Positions 1 through 9,039 of a stretch of 64,000 bases of DNA are shown here, in pieces. Under the pieces are notes generated by a model. That model saw nothing but the letters and a program-made list of their open reading frames with translations. It was not told the DNA's origin and did no database searches. The translations under genes and the position numbers were made by a program. Positions within the stretch are counted from its first letter, which is position 1; each line of letters begins with the position of its first letter. The stretch comes from Desulfatiglandales bacterium (GTDB taxonomy: Bacteria; Desulfobacterota; DSM-4660; Desulfatiglandales; Desulfatiglandaceae), in NCBI GenBank assembly GCA_963662465.1, contig OY759599.1:768001-832000 (forward strand). The letters are read 5' to 3'.

Positions 1-493
1 GATAGCTGAAGATGATTTCATCAAAGCTCTTGGCGGCGGGATCGCCTTCCCGTGCGGCACGAATGTCCTTGGCCAGCAGGGTCCGAATTTCCCGCATTTT
101 TTTACCGAAGTCGATGGCCGCTTCTTCACCCCGTTCCCGACAGAGACTGCAGGGTTGTTCGTAACGGATACAGTCATGGCGGACGGCCAGGGTGATTTGC
201 TGGGAAAGAATTTCGAAAAATTCGGTGATTTCCTGACCGAAATAGTAACCCAGGGTGACCTCGTCCACCCGTTTTGAGATAAAATAACCCGGATAGAGAA
301 TGCGAAAGGCCCGGTGCAGGAGATCGATGATGGCTTCCCTGGAGCTGATGGGTTCCAGGCCCACGTGATCAAAGCAATCCTCGCGACTGCAGGACATCAC
401 CAGTTCATCGACGATGCCGGGAATCTCCTTTCGAAACTTGCGGGATGTCTTGATTTCAATTTCACATTGCCGGCGTTTCAGTTCGGCATCCAC
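1..493 (-). CDS. cysE: Serine O-acetyltransferase (5' part; runs off the window start)
   Basis: Not in the ORF track. Manual minus-strand translation from GTG at 493 (AAGGGAG RBS upstream) ends ...IRTLLAKDIRAAREGDPAAKSFDEIIFSY, the GDPAA..EII.SY signature of CysE/EpsC. Lies directly downstream of nifS. Confidence 0.85.
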   Translation of the reverse strand, partial: MDAELKRRQCEIEIKTSRKFRKEIPGIVDELVMSCSREDCFDHVGLEPISSREAIIDLLHRAFRILYPGYFISKRVDEVTLGYYFGQEITEFFEILSQQITLAVRHDCIRYEQPCSLCRERGEEAAIDFGKKMREIRTLLAKDIRAAREGDPAAKSFDEIIFSY

Positions 494-508
494 TGGTTAT
501 CTCCCTTT

Positions 509-1702
509 TCAAAACGGCATTTTATCGGCGCCGCAAGACTTTGCTTTTTCTTCCCAGTACGGGGAAAGCGCCCGCAGTTTTTCGATGATGGGGGGAAGGG
601 TTTCCACCACAAAATCGATTTCTTCTTCCGTGTTGTAAATGCTCAGGCTGAACCGTATGGAGCCATGGGCCATGGTAAAGGGAACTCCCATGGCGCGCAG
701 TACATGGGACGGTTGCAGGGACCCCGATGTGCAGGCGGAGCCCGATGAGGCGCAGATGCCGTAACCATCCATCTGAAGCAGAATGGCTTCCCCTTCGATG
801 AATTCAAAACTGATATTGCTGGTATTGGGAAGGCGAGGGGCCTTTCCTCCGTTGACCATGGCATTGGGAACGGCGTTGAGAATTCCCCGTTCCAGCTTAT
901 CGCGAAGATCTTTCACCCGCGTGTTTTCCTCTTCCATGTGTTCCAGGGCCAGCTGACAGGCTTTCCCGAGGCCGATGACGCCGGCGGTGTTTTCCGTACC
1001 GCCCCGCCGCCCCATCTCCTGGTGGCCGCCGATGATGAAGGGGGCAAAGGGAACGCCTTTTCGGATATAGAGGATTCCCACGCCCTTGGGCCCATGAAGC
1101 TTGTGACCGGACAGGGAGAGCATGTCCATATGGCTGTCTTTCAGGTTAATGGGAATTTTGCCTACTGCCTGAACCCCATCCGAATGAAACAGGATGCCGC
1201 GCTCTTTGGCAAGGGCCGCAGCCGCTTCCACCGGGAAAATGACGCCTGTTTCGTTGTTGCCCCACATGATGGTGGCAATGGCCGTATCCGGCGTAAGGCT
1301 TTCCTCGTAGACCGCCATGTCCAGGTTTCCGTCTTTGTCCACTGGGATTTCGGTAATCCGGTAACCGTTTTGGGCCAGATGGTCGCAAAAGGATTTAATG
1401 GCCGGATGCTCCACCCGGCTGGTGACAATGTGGCGTTTGTCGGGGTTTAGTTGGAGCGCGGACCGTATGGCGGCGTTGTTGCTCTCCGATCCGCAACTGG
1501 TAAAGAGGATTTCGCCCGGCTCAACCCCCAAAAGCGCGGCTGTGCGTTCACGGGCTTCACGGATCTTTCTGCCCACCTGCCCGCCGAAGGTATGGGCACT
1601 GGATGGGTTGCCGTATAATTCAGTGAAATAGGGCTGCATTTCCGCCAGCACTTCGGGGGCTACCCGGGTCGTGGCATTGTTGTCCAGATAGATCGTTTTC
1701 AT
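509..1702 (-). CDS. nifS: Cysteine desulfurase NifS
   Basis: YLDNNATT, SGHKLHGPKG (PLP lysine) and SSGSACTSG (catalytic Cys); start overlaps the nifU stop. Confidence 0.95.
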   Translation of the reverse strand: MKTIYLDNNATTRVAPEVLAEMQPYFTELYGNPSSAHTFGGQVGRKIREARERTAALLGVEPGEILFTSCGSESNNAAIRSALQLNPDKRHIVTSRVEHPAIKSFCDHLAQNGYRITEIPVDKDGNLDMAVYEESLTPDTAIATIMWGNNETGVIFPVEAAAALAKERGILFHSDGVQAVGKIPINLKDSHMDMLSLSGHKLHGPKGVGILYIRKGVPFAPFIIGGHQEMGRRGGTENTAGVIGLGKACQLALEHMEEENTRVKDLRDKLERGILNAVPNAMVNGGKAPRLPNTSNISFEFIEGEAILLQMDGYGICASSGSACTSGSLQPSHVLRAMGVPFTMAHGSIRFSLSIYNTEEEIDFVVETLPPIIEKLRALSPYWEEKAKSCGADKMPF

Positions 1703-2523
1703 TGGGTCACCTCCTCAACCACCAGTTCCGGCCACACCATTTCTCTCAGCTTTGCTTCTACAAAATTCTTAAGGGTTTGCTGGGAGGCTTTACATACCGC
1801 GCAACTTCCCTGCATTTTCACCAGGACCCGGTTGCCGATGACGTCCACCAGCTCGATGTTGCCGCCGTCCTGCTTCAGGGAAGGACTGATTTCATTAGAA
1901 ATGGTTTCTTCAATCTTTTTGATTTTCTGCATGTTGGAAAGCTGTGGCCGAACAGGCGCCTTTTCCTCTCCCCGCACCTTTTCGATAATTTTTTTGATGG
2001 CATCGTGGCAGTTTTCACAACCGCCCCCGGCCTTGGTGTAGTTGGTGACGTCTTCGATGGTCAAAAGATTGTTGGCCCTGACCGCCCCTTCGATTTCCAG
2101 GTCCGTAATACCGAAACATTCACAGACGATTTCCCCTTCTTTTTCCGGAACAACTTCCCCTTTGTAATAGGCGATGGCTTCCGTCAGGGCCTGTTGACCC
2201 AGGACGGAACAGTGCATTTTTTCCTTGGGGAGCCCGCCCAGGTAATCGGCGATGTCCTCGTTGGTTAGTTTTTCCGCCTCTTCAATGGTTTTGCCCTTGA
2301 TCATTTCCGTGAGGGCTGAAGACGAGGCAATGGCGCTGGCGCACCCGAAGGTTTTGAATTTAGCATCGATGATTTTGCCGTTATCATCTGTTTTGAAGGT
2401 GAGCTTAAGGGCATCGCCGCAAGACATGGAACCGACCTCGGCAACGCCTTGAGCGTCTTCCACCTCGCCTACATTCCTTGGATTCAGAAAATGTTCCTTG
2501 ACCTTATCGGTGTATTCCCACAT
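1699..2523 (-). CDS. nifU: Fe-S cluster assembly scaffold NifU (IscU, BFD-like 2Fe-2S and Nfu domains)
   Basis: MWEYTDKVKEHF start after a GGAGG RBS; SCGD, FGCASA, KMHCS, VCECF, GGCENC and C-terminal GSCAVC motifs. Confidence 0.95.
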   Translation of the reverse strand: MWEYTDKVKEHFLNPRNVGEVEDAQGVAEVGSMSCGDALKLTFKTDDNGKIIDAKFKTFGCASAIASSSALTEMIKGKTIEEAEKLTNEDIADYLGGLPKEKMHCSVLGQQALTEAIAYYKGEVVPEKEGEIVCECFGITDLEIEGAVRANNLLTIEDVTNYTKAGGGCENCHDAIKKIIEKVRGEEKAPVRPQLSNMQKIKKIEETISNEISPSLKQDGGNIELVDVIGNRVLVKMQGSCAVCKASQQTLKNFVEAKLREMVWPELVVEEVTQ

Positions 2524-2714
2524 GGGGCCCTCCTTAGGTTGGAAGAAAGTTTTAATATTTCTCTGATGTATAACATGAAAAGGGGTTCTGCTCAATACCG
2601 AACTATATTCTTGAAGACTTCCCGTTTTTTATATATTAATTCAGAAATAGCGTAGCTCGAATACGCATTAAACGGTTTTGTAAACCGCTGAGAAAACTAG
2701 TGGAGGCGAAAAAA

Positions 2715-5087
2715 ATGACGTTTCAGATCGCACTGGTATTGTCCATTTTAGGCTTGGCCGTCGTCTTTCTGGTGACCGAGTGGATGCCCATGGAGGTTGT
2801 GGCCCTCCTGGTTCTGGGAAGTTTGGCGGTAACCGGTCTGGTGAACCCCACCGATGCCCTTGCGGGATTCAGCAATCCCGCGGTGGTTACGGTTTGGGCG
2901 GTATTTATCCTGAGCGGCGGGCTTACTCGGACCGGCGTGGGGAACATCATCGGCAATCGGGTGGCGAAACTGGCCGGTGGAAACGATACGCTGCTGGTGA
3001 TGATCGTCATGGTTATTGCCGGTCTCCTGTCCGCTTTTATGAACAACGTGGCTGTGGCGGCCCTCATGCTCCCGGTTGTCATGGATATTTGCAGAAATAC
3101 GGAGCGGAGCCCGTCTACCCTGTTGCTGCCGCTGGCTTACGGTTCCCTGCTGGGAGGGTTGTTAACCCAGATCGGAACCCCGCCCAATATCCTGGTGAGC
3201 GCATTGCTTCAAGAGAACCATCTGAAGCCCTTTGGGCTTTTTGATTTCACCCCCGTGGGCAGTTTTATATTTGTCATCGGCGTTCTGTTCATGACCTTTG
3301 TGGGACGCCGCATGTTGCCCAAACACGATTTTTTGAAAGATACCGAGGGTCTCCTCGAATCCAATCTGGATTCCCAGTACAGCATGGAGGACAGCATCTT
3401 TCGCGTCCGGGTGCCGATGACGTCTCCCCTGGCGGGGAAAACCCTGGCTGAAACGCGCATGGGCACGGTGCTGGGCATGGATGTGATGGGCATTACCAGG
3501 GAAAATAAGAGTCTTCTGGCCCCGGATCCTCGGGAACAGCTGCATGCGGGGGATCTTCTCGTGGTCAAGGGGCTTCGGGAACGGCTGAATGAGTTGCGGT
3601 TATGGGAGGCGCTTATCCTTCAAATCAAGGGCGTCCGAATAGAGGAAGTCTTTTCAAAGGAGATTGCGTTGCGCGAAGTGACTCTGGGCCGGGAATCATT
3701 CATGAATGGAAAGACCTTGAACGAAGTGGACTTTCGAAACCGGTTTGAGGCCATGGTACTCGCCATTCGTCGCGATAAAACCATTCGAAGGACCAGTCTT
3801 CAGGATGATGTGCTTCAAGAAGGAGACCGGCTACTGATCCAGGGAAGGAAAGAGGATATTCAAGCCCTTTGCGGGGAAACGGGGTTCGAGGTCTGCGAAG
3901 CCGTTTTGCAGGATCATTTGAACGCCCATTACCACCTGGACGAACGTCTGATGCGCCTGACCATTCCCTTGGATTCGCCCGTGGGGGGCAAAACATTAAA
4001 AGACAGCCGTCTGGCCGAAGTTCTGGGGATGAGGGTACTCTGCATCATTCGCGGCGACGGCGCCGTTCAAATGCCCGATGCCATGGAAATCCTTCAACCG
4101 AAGGACCAATTGGTGATGGAAGGCCATATGGGGGCGCTTGAGATTCTTAAAGGATTTCAAACCCTGGAAGTGGTGGGCGGAGAAAGGCCTGCTTTGAAAA
4201 CGCTGGTGTCGGATAAAATCGGTCTGGTTGAAACCATTTTGTCCCCCCATTCCACCCTGGCTGGAAAAAGTCTTCGGCGCCTTCATTTCAGAGAGAAATT
4301 CGGACTCAATGTTCTGGCTGTTTGGCGCCGGGGGAACGTCTATGCCGGCAATTTGCGGGATATGGCCCTGGACTTTGGGGATGCGTTATTATTGCATGGC
4401 CCCAGGGAAAAGCTGCGCGTGCTGGGACAGGAGCCCGATTTTATCGTACTGACGCAATCGGCCCAGGAACTCCCACGAATGGAAAAGGCCCCCCTGTCTT
4501 CCATCCTTATGGCGGCTACCTTTGTTCCCGTTATTCTGGGGTGGATTCCCATCTATATCGCTACCGTGATCGGCGCGGCCCTGATGGTGCTGTTTCGATG
4601 CTTGACCATGGAAGAGGCTTATCGGGCCATTGAGTGGAAGGCCGTATTTCTCATTGCGGGCATGTTCCCTCTGGGAACGGCTCTGGATCAGTCGGGGGCC
4701 GCCAAATTCCTGGCGGAAGGCGTGGTCGCCTCGGTGGGGCCACTGGGGCCCACGGCGGTCATGCTGGCCCTGTTGCTGTTGACTTTCCTGGCCACCTGTT
4801 TTATTCCCACGGCGGCCCTGGTGTTATTGCTGGCGCCAATTATCCTGAACACCAGTCAGCAGATGGGCGTCACGCCCTACGGGTTCATGATGGCCATGGC
4901 CATGGCGGCATCCGCCAGCTTCATGACCCCCATTTCTCACCCGGCCAACCTCCTGGTGATGGGACCCGGCGGATATCGCTTTAAAGATTACATCAAGGTG
5001 GGTGGGCTTCTGACGCTGGTGGTCCTGGTGATCATCATGGTGGTGGTGCCTCTGTTCTGGCCTCTCACCCCTTTGCCCGGGCGGTAA
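2715..5087 (+). CDS. SLC13/CitMHS-type anion permease with TrkA-C (RCK_C) domains
   Basis: Hydrophobic N and C termini with GFSNPAV, SAFMNN, IGTPPN and TPISHPANLLVMGPGGY; central repeated SPLAGKTL-like TrkA-C units; GGAGG RBS before ATG 2715. Confidence 0.85.
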   Translation: MTFQIALVLSILGLAVVFLVTEWMPMEVVALLVLGSLAVTGLVNPTDALAGFSNPAVVTVWAVFILSGGLTRTGVGNIIGNRVAKLAGGNDTLLVMIVMVIAGLLSAFMNNVAVAALMLPVVMDICRNTERSPSTLLLPLAYGSLLGGLLTQIGTPPNILVSALLQENHLKPFGLFDFTPVGSFIFVIGVLFMTFVGRRMLPKHDFLKDTEGLLESNLDSQYSMEDSIFRVRVPMTSPLAGKTLAETRMGTVLGMDVMGITRENKSLLAPDPREQLHAGDLLVVKGLRERLNELRLWEALILQIKGVRIEEVFSKEIALREVTLGRESFMNGKTLNEVDFRNRFEAMVLAIRRDKTIRRTSLQDDVLQEGDRLLIQGRKEDIQALCGETGFEVCEAVLQDHLNAHYHLDERLMRLTIPLDSPVGGKTLKDSRLAEVLGMRVLCIIRGDGAVQMPDAMEILQPKDQLVMEGHMGALEILKGFQTLEVVGGERPALKTLVSDKIGLVETILSPHSTLAGKSLRRLHFREKFGLNVLAVWRRGNVYAGNLRDMALDFGDALLLHGPREKLRVLGQEPDFIVLTQSAQELPRMEKAPLSSILMAATFVPVILGWIPIYIATVIGAALMVLFRCLTMEEAYRAIEWKAVFLIAGMFPLGTALDQSGAAKFLAEGVVASVGPLGPTAVMLALLLLTFLATCFIPTAALVLLLAPIILNTSQQMGVTPYGFMMAMAMAASASFMTPISHPANLLVMGPGGYRFKDYIKVGGLLTLVVLVIIMVVVPLFWPLTPLPGR

Positions 5088-5256
5088 CATGTTCAGGTGC
5101 TAGTGAGATTATCGTTATACCGCTAAAGAATAAGTTGTTAACTTTGTTGCCATAATGATATAAAATTGTTATAGAATAAACAAAAATACAGCAATATTAT
5201 TTCAATCGAAGCAGAGGTATAAAGTCTTGAGGTTGCCAGATGTTGCTAGGCGTATC

Positions 5257-5385
5257 CGTAGACGTCATACGGCAGATATTACAGTTCAGGGAACAGAGGG
5301 GCGGCGGGCTGTTGTGAGAACAGGGTGGCTTGTTTCTCATGAAATAAAAGAAGCGCATCTTGTAACGCTTTATGTGAAAAAATAG
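5257..5385 (+). pseudogene. 3' remnant of a DUF6883-like gene
   Basis: Reads RRRHTADITVQGTEGRRAVVRTGWLVSHEIKEAHLVTLYVKK*, resembling the DUF6883 C-terminus (TGW...LVTxY). No ATG start; stop lies 9 bp before the DUF4926 gene. Confidence 0.55.
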
Positions 5386-5394
5386 GGTAAGCAA

Positions 5395-5727
5395 ATGCCA
5401 AAAATTGGTGATATAATCGAACTAATAAAAGACATTCCGAAAAGAAATCTACGTTCGGGAGTCAGGGGTACAATTGTTCATTGCCATAACGATGAGGTCT
5501 ATGAAACCGAATTTGCAGATGAAAACGGCGAAACCATTGATTTCCTAGCCTTGAATTCGAAACAGTTTATTGTCGTATGGCGTATTGAAACGCGGAAATG
5601 GGTTCCGATAGCTGAACAGACTGCGGATTTAATTGCCAACCTGCCTGATGAAACGGCAAAAGAGATATTGGACTTTGCACGTTTTCTGTCTGCACGCATC
5701 CCCGTTCAGGCGTCTGCAACTCTTTAA
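5395..5727 (+). CDS. DUF4926-domain protein with a short helical C-terminal extension
   Basis: GDIIELIKDIP..L..G..GTIVH...YETEF....GET matches the DUF4926 pattern; the tail LPDETAKEILDFARFL resembles DUF2281-type antitoxin helices. Confidence 0.7.
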   Translation: MPKIGDIIELIKDIPKRNLRSGVRGTIVHCHNDEVYETEFADENGETIDFLALNSKQFIVVWRIETRKWVPIAEQTADLIANLPDETAKEILDFARFLSARIPVQASATL

Positions 5728-5809
5728 AAACAGTTCGAAAAGCGGTATAATAATGGAGTTCCGGGGACACCTTACTTAATTATAACCAAAAAATACACTG
5801 GATAAACCA

Positions 5810-6118
5810 GTGATTTTCTCGTTGGGAACAATAGGCCTTGTTACGGATTTAGCATTTAAAATGACACCTTATTCAAAATACAGATTAAAACTCAGAAGCC
5901 TTACTAAACATCAACAGAAGGTCGATGATGAAAATATGTGGGACCGATGCAATACCATTAGCGATGAAAAAGTATTGTCCACTCTTGGTATCAACACCAT
6001 TAACAAAAATATTCGCGCAGAATTAAATGAAAGATCAGAATTAGTTTTGAAGTATTTAGGTGTTTTAATCGGGGTTATCGGAGCTTTTACAGGGTTATTT
6101 GCTGTAATATTACATTAA
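5810..6118 (+). CDS. AT-rich hypothetical membrane protein, possibly a 5'-truncated fragment
   Basis: 102-aa ORF, visibly AT-rich, with a C-terminal hydrophobic helix; GTG start with no clear RBS. Confidence 0.4.
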   Translation: MIFSLGTIGLVTDLAFKMTPYSKYRLKLRSLTKHQQKVDDENMWDRCNTISDEKVLSTLGINTINKNIRAELNERSELVLKYLGVLIGVIGAFTGLFAVILH

Positions 6119-6222
6119 TGAAAAGCATACGTATCAGTCCTATACAATTCCTAGATATGCTATTTACCTAAATGATTCCCAACAACACCTTTCACAAAGA
6201 AGAGAGGAGATCAAAAAATACC

Positions 6223-6993
6223 ATGCGCGTGATGACGTTTAACCTCCGTTTTGAAAATGACCAGGATGGCGGCAACAGCTGGGCCAACCGGCGACATTGG
6301 GTGATAGCGCTGGTTGAGCAATATGCCCCCGCAATTCTGGGAACACAGGAAGGGCGTCCGTCCCAGTTGGACTATCTTGAAAAACGACTTTCCGACTACC
6401 GGATGCATGCACCGGCCCGAGTATGGGACGACACCTGCCAGTATCCCACACTCTTTTTTCGGAAAGATGGTTTTCGGAAACTGGATGGAGCGGAATTCTG
6501 GCTTTCAAAAACGCGGAAAATTCATCGCAGCATGGATTGGGACAGTGCCTTTCCCCGCATGATCAGTATTTTAAGGCTGGAAACCAAAAATTCCTCACGG
6601 ATCTTCAGCGTGGCTGTTACCCATTTGGATCATATGGGCTCAAAAGCGCGTTTAGAGCAGGCCAAAATCATCGCTGAGTGGGTTCGAAAGCAGTCCGATC
6701 CGGTGATCCTCATGGGGGATTTCAATGATGGCCCCGACTCGAAAGCGCATGGTTTACTGGTGGACGGGACTACGGGGCTCACGGATTCCTGGCAGGTTCT
6801 GCACCGCCCGGAGGGAAAACAGAGCTTTACCCACCATGGGTTTACCGGCATTCCCCATGAGGACAGAATAGACTGGATATTGACAACCACGCCGCCGCAC
6901 GTTGTGGATGCCCGGATTGTTCATGATCAATTTGATGGGCGGTATGCATCAGATCATTTTCCCTATTATGTTGATTTGACGTGGGATGTTTAA
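6223..6993 (+). CDS. Endonuclease/exonuclease/phosphatase (EEP) family protein
   Basis: MRVMTFNLR, GTQE, THLDH, MGDFND, RIDWIL and SDHFP motifs. Confidence 0.9.
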   Translation: MRVMTFNLRFENDQDGGNSWANRRHWVIALVEQYAPAILGTQEGRPSQLDYLEKRLSDYRMHAPARVWDDTCQYPTLFFRKDGFRKLDGAEFWLSKTRKIHRSMDWDSAFPRMISILRLETKNSSRIFSVAVTHLDHMGSKARLEQAKIIAEWVRKQSDPVILMGDFNDGPDSKAHGLLVDGTTGLTDSWQVLHRPEGKQSFTHHGFTGIPHEDRIDWILTTTPPHVVDARIVHDQFDGRYASDHFPYYVDLTWDV

Positions 6994-7101
6994 ACCCTCA
7001 CCGAAAATGCCATTTGACAATCAACCTTAAAAAATGGGATTTGCCTTTCCGGAAATGAGTGAATCCTTGGGAGCAGCGAATTTTCAGTAATGAGGACGAC
7101 G

Positions 7102-7665
7102 ATGGTAAATTTTAAGTTCGACCACCTTTTCAAACTACGGCTCACAGTCGCCCGTTTCGGTGAAATGGACAACGCCCGCTGGTGGAACACGAAAGGAATC
7201 ATGGGCCGATATGGCGCCCTCACATTGAGTCGTGGGTTTCCCAAAACCCATCGATTTGCGCAAGCCAAAATCACCTTTGCCGTTGCCGCTCACCGATGTA
7301 AAGAGATATATGCTTATCCAGGCGCCGTTACCCTATGGGATTTACCGCCTGAGATCGAAGATCGGTTTCAGGAGAAATGGCATGAATGGCTGGATGATAT
7401 CGATCATTGGACTCCTTTTTTCCAATCCCTGGAACACATATCAGGCATGGAACTTCTGGATCTTTTGACGCAGCAGGGTCTGATCAATCCGGAGCAGGTC
7501 GAAATGGCGCAGAAACTGCGACGGTCGTCCGAGGGCCGGTCGGTCCGGATTTCCGCCTGCGAATCCCTGGATGATGAGGCCCTGTCCCTGCTGGCGGCGG
7601 GATTCTTCAGAGGGGAGCAGGGCAAGCCGGCGGTACCCTATTTGCCCTTGACCACCAACTCGTAA
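7102..7665 (+). CDS. brxE: BrxE family protein
   Basis: LFKLRLTVARFGEMDNARWWNTKG...GFPKTHRFAQA...TLWDLP resembles BrxE; first gene of the BREX run; GAGG RBS before ATG 7102. Confidence 0.7.
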   Translation: MVNFKFDHLFKLRLTVARFGEMDNARWWNTKGIMGRYGALTLSRGFPKTHRFAQAKITFAVAAHRCKEIYAYPGAVTLWDLPPEIEDRFQEKWHEWLDDIDHWTPFFQSLEHISGMELLDLLTQQGLINPEQVEMAQKLRRSSEGRSVRISACESLDDEALSLLAAGFFRGEQGKPAVPYLPLTTNS

Positions 7666-7672
7666 GGATAAG

Positions 7673-8452
7673 ATGAACAGGCAAAAACGAAAACTCTCCA
7701 CTCGTTTTACCCGCAAAGGCGCTCTCATTGAAGAGACCTATGCCGCGTTTCAACATTGGGACCTTTCGATTCCCTTCAGGAAAAACATTGAGAAGATTCG
7801 GGAAGAAAACGCCATCGGCGCCCGGAATGAAAAGTGGCTGCATGAAATCCTGACAACGCTTTCCAGCCGGTTTGGCGGCAATGAGTCCATTGCTCCCCTG
7901 GTATTGATGGTGCAAGGGAACCTCGTCCTTTACAAATGGAAGCCATGTCTCCTGTGGCATATGGGCAACATCGATGCGCTTTATTATCGCTTCGCCTGCA
8001 AATGGTTGTTCACCCGATTTCGAGAGGGCGCCTATATGATCCGCACTGAGGATGCCCTGCCTTTCGTGAGAAAGATCACTGATGGGCAGATTGCGTCCGG
8101 AGGAAAACTTTCGGAATACGGAGCTTTGAGAGCGGCCAGGGATCTTCTGAAAATGGCCGGTGATTTTAATTTGCTGGAGGGGAAGGTGAAAAAGAAATTC
8201 GCCAACTACCATATCCCCCAGGAGGCGTTTGTTTATGTGCTGCGCGGGCTCTTGGATATGGGGTACACCACTTCCCAGGTGTTGGCGTCAACAGACTGGC
8301 GTCTCTTCTTGATGGATGCCGATGACGTGGAGCGGGAACTCTTGAGGCTCCACCAGTACAAAGTTCTTGAATACGACGTGGCCGGAAGCATTGCGCAGCT
8401 CACGCTTTCGAGTCCATCGCTTGAAGCATACGCAAAGGAAATTTCAAGATGA
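7673..8452 (+). CDS. brxA: BREX protein BrxA (DUF1819-like)
   Basis: Position between brxE and brxB; C-terminal DWRLFLM...VERELLRLHQ...YDVAGS typical of BrxA-like proteins. Confidence 0.7.
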   Translation: MNRQKRKLSTRFTRKGALIEETYAAFQHWDLSIPFRKNIEKIREENAIGARNEKWLHEILTTLSSRFGGNESIAPLVLMVQGNLVLYKWKPCLLWHMGNIDALYYRFACKWLFTRFREGAYMIRTEDALPFVRKITDGQIASGGKLSEYGALRAARDLLKMAGDFNLLEGKVKKKFANYHIPQEAFVYVLRGLLDMGYTTSQVLASTDWRLFLMDADDVERELLRLHQYKVLEYDVAGSIAQLTLSSPSLEAYAKEISR

Positions 8453-9027
8453 CCCATTGGAAAAAGAGAATGAAGGACGATCTGGAACCTGTTCTTCAAC
8501 TGCCTGACCCCAGACCCAAGATCAGTGCCTACGACAACATGCCCTATGCCATTTTCCGATATCCTCCGGAAGACGAGTTCGCGGTGCGGGCCGAAATGAG
8601 TATGCTTCAAATTCGGCTGGAACTATCCGGCAAAAGAGTTACGCGGATTTCCCTGGCGGAATGCATGGCAGCGGCGCTTACGGCCGAGGAAATGACTTTT
8701 GAAGCACTTGCCGAGCAGGAAAAATCCCTTGGCCTTGAAATTGTTATCGATACGGTCCATAACGTGCTGGATGAATACCAGCCTCTGGACCAACTGGTGC
8801 TTCAAAGGATGCCGCCGGCCGCTGACCCCACGCGAGATATCGTCTTTATCATCCGGGCAGGAGCGCTTTTCCCCATTTACCGGACCTCGTCCCTGTTGGA
8901 GCAGCTGATGGGAACCATCCAGATCCCGGCGGTGTTGTTCTATCCCGGCGATCTGGACGGCGCCGCCGGTTTGCGGTTTATGGGAATTCTGGATGCGGAA
9001 CATAACTACAGGCCAAAAATCTTTTAA
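8449..9027 (+). CDS. brxB: BREX protein BrxB (DUF1788-like)
   Basis: IFRYPPEDE, GALFPIYRTSSLL, VLFYPG, LRFMG and NYR signatures; ATGA overlap with brxA. Confidence 0.85.
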   Translation: MTHWKKRMKDDLEPVLQLPDPRPKISAYDNMPYAIFRYPPEDEFAVRAEMSMLQIRLELSGKRVTRISLAECMAAALTAEEMTFEALAEQEKSLGLEIVIDTVHNVLDEYQPLDQLVLQRMPPAADPTRDIVFIIRAGALFPIYRTSSLLEQLMGTIQIPAVLFYPGDLDGAAGLRFMGILDAEHNYRPKIF

Positions 9028-9039
9028 GGGTGTAATGCC

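Noticed and set aside
509..2523. nifS/nifU as evidence of nitrogen fixation
   Set aside because: No nitrogenase genes here; NifSU with cysE is a general Fe-S assembly module in anaerobes.
5084..5150. Possible integron attC site (TAAC...GTTA)
   Set aside because: No proper RYYYAAC/GTTRRRY pair or L boxes, and no integrase in the window.
6223..6993. EEP gene as a BREX component
   Set aside because: Common stand-alone family, about 110 bp from brxE, with no evidence of coupling.
7014..7042. Sigma70 promoter for BREX (TTGACA at 7014)
   Set aside because: No -10 box at an acceptable spacing.
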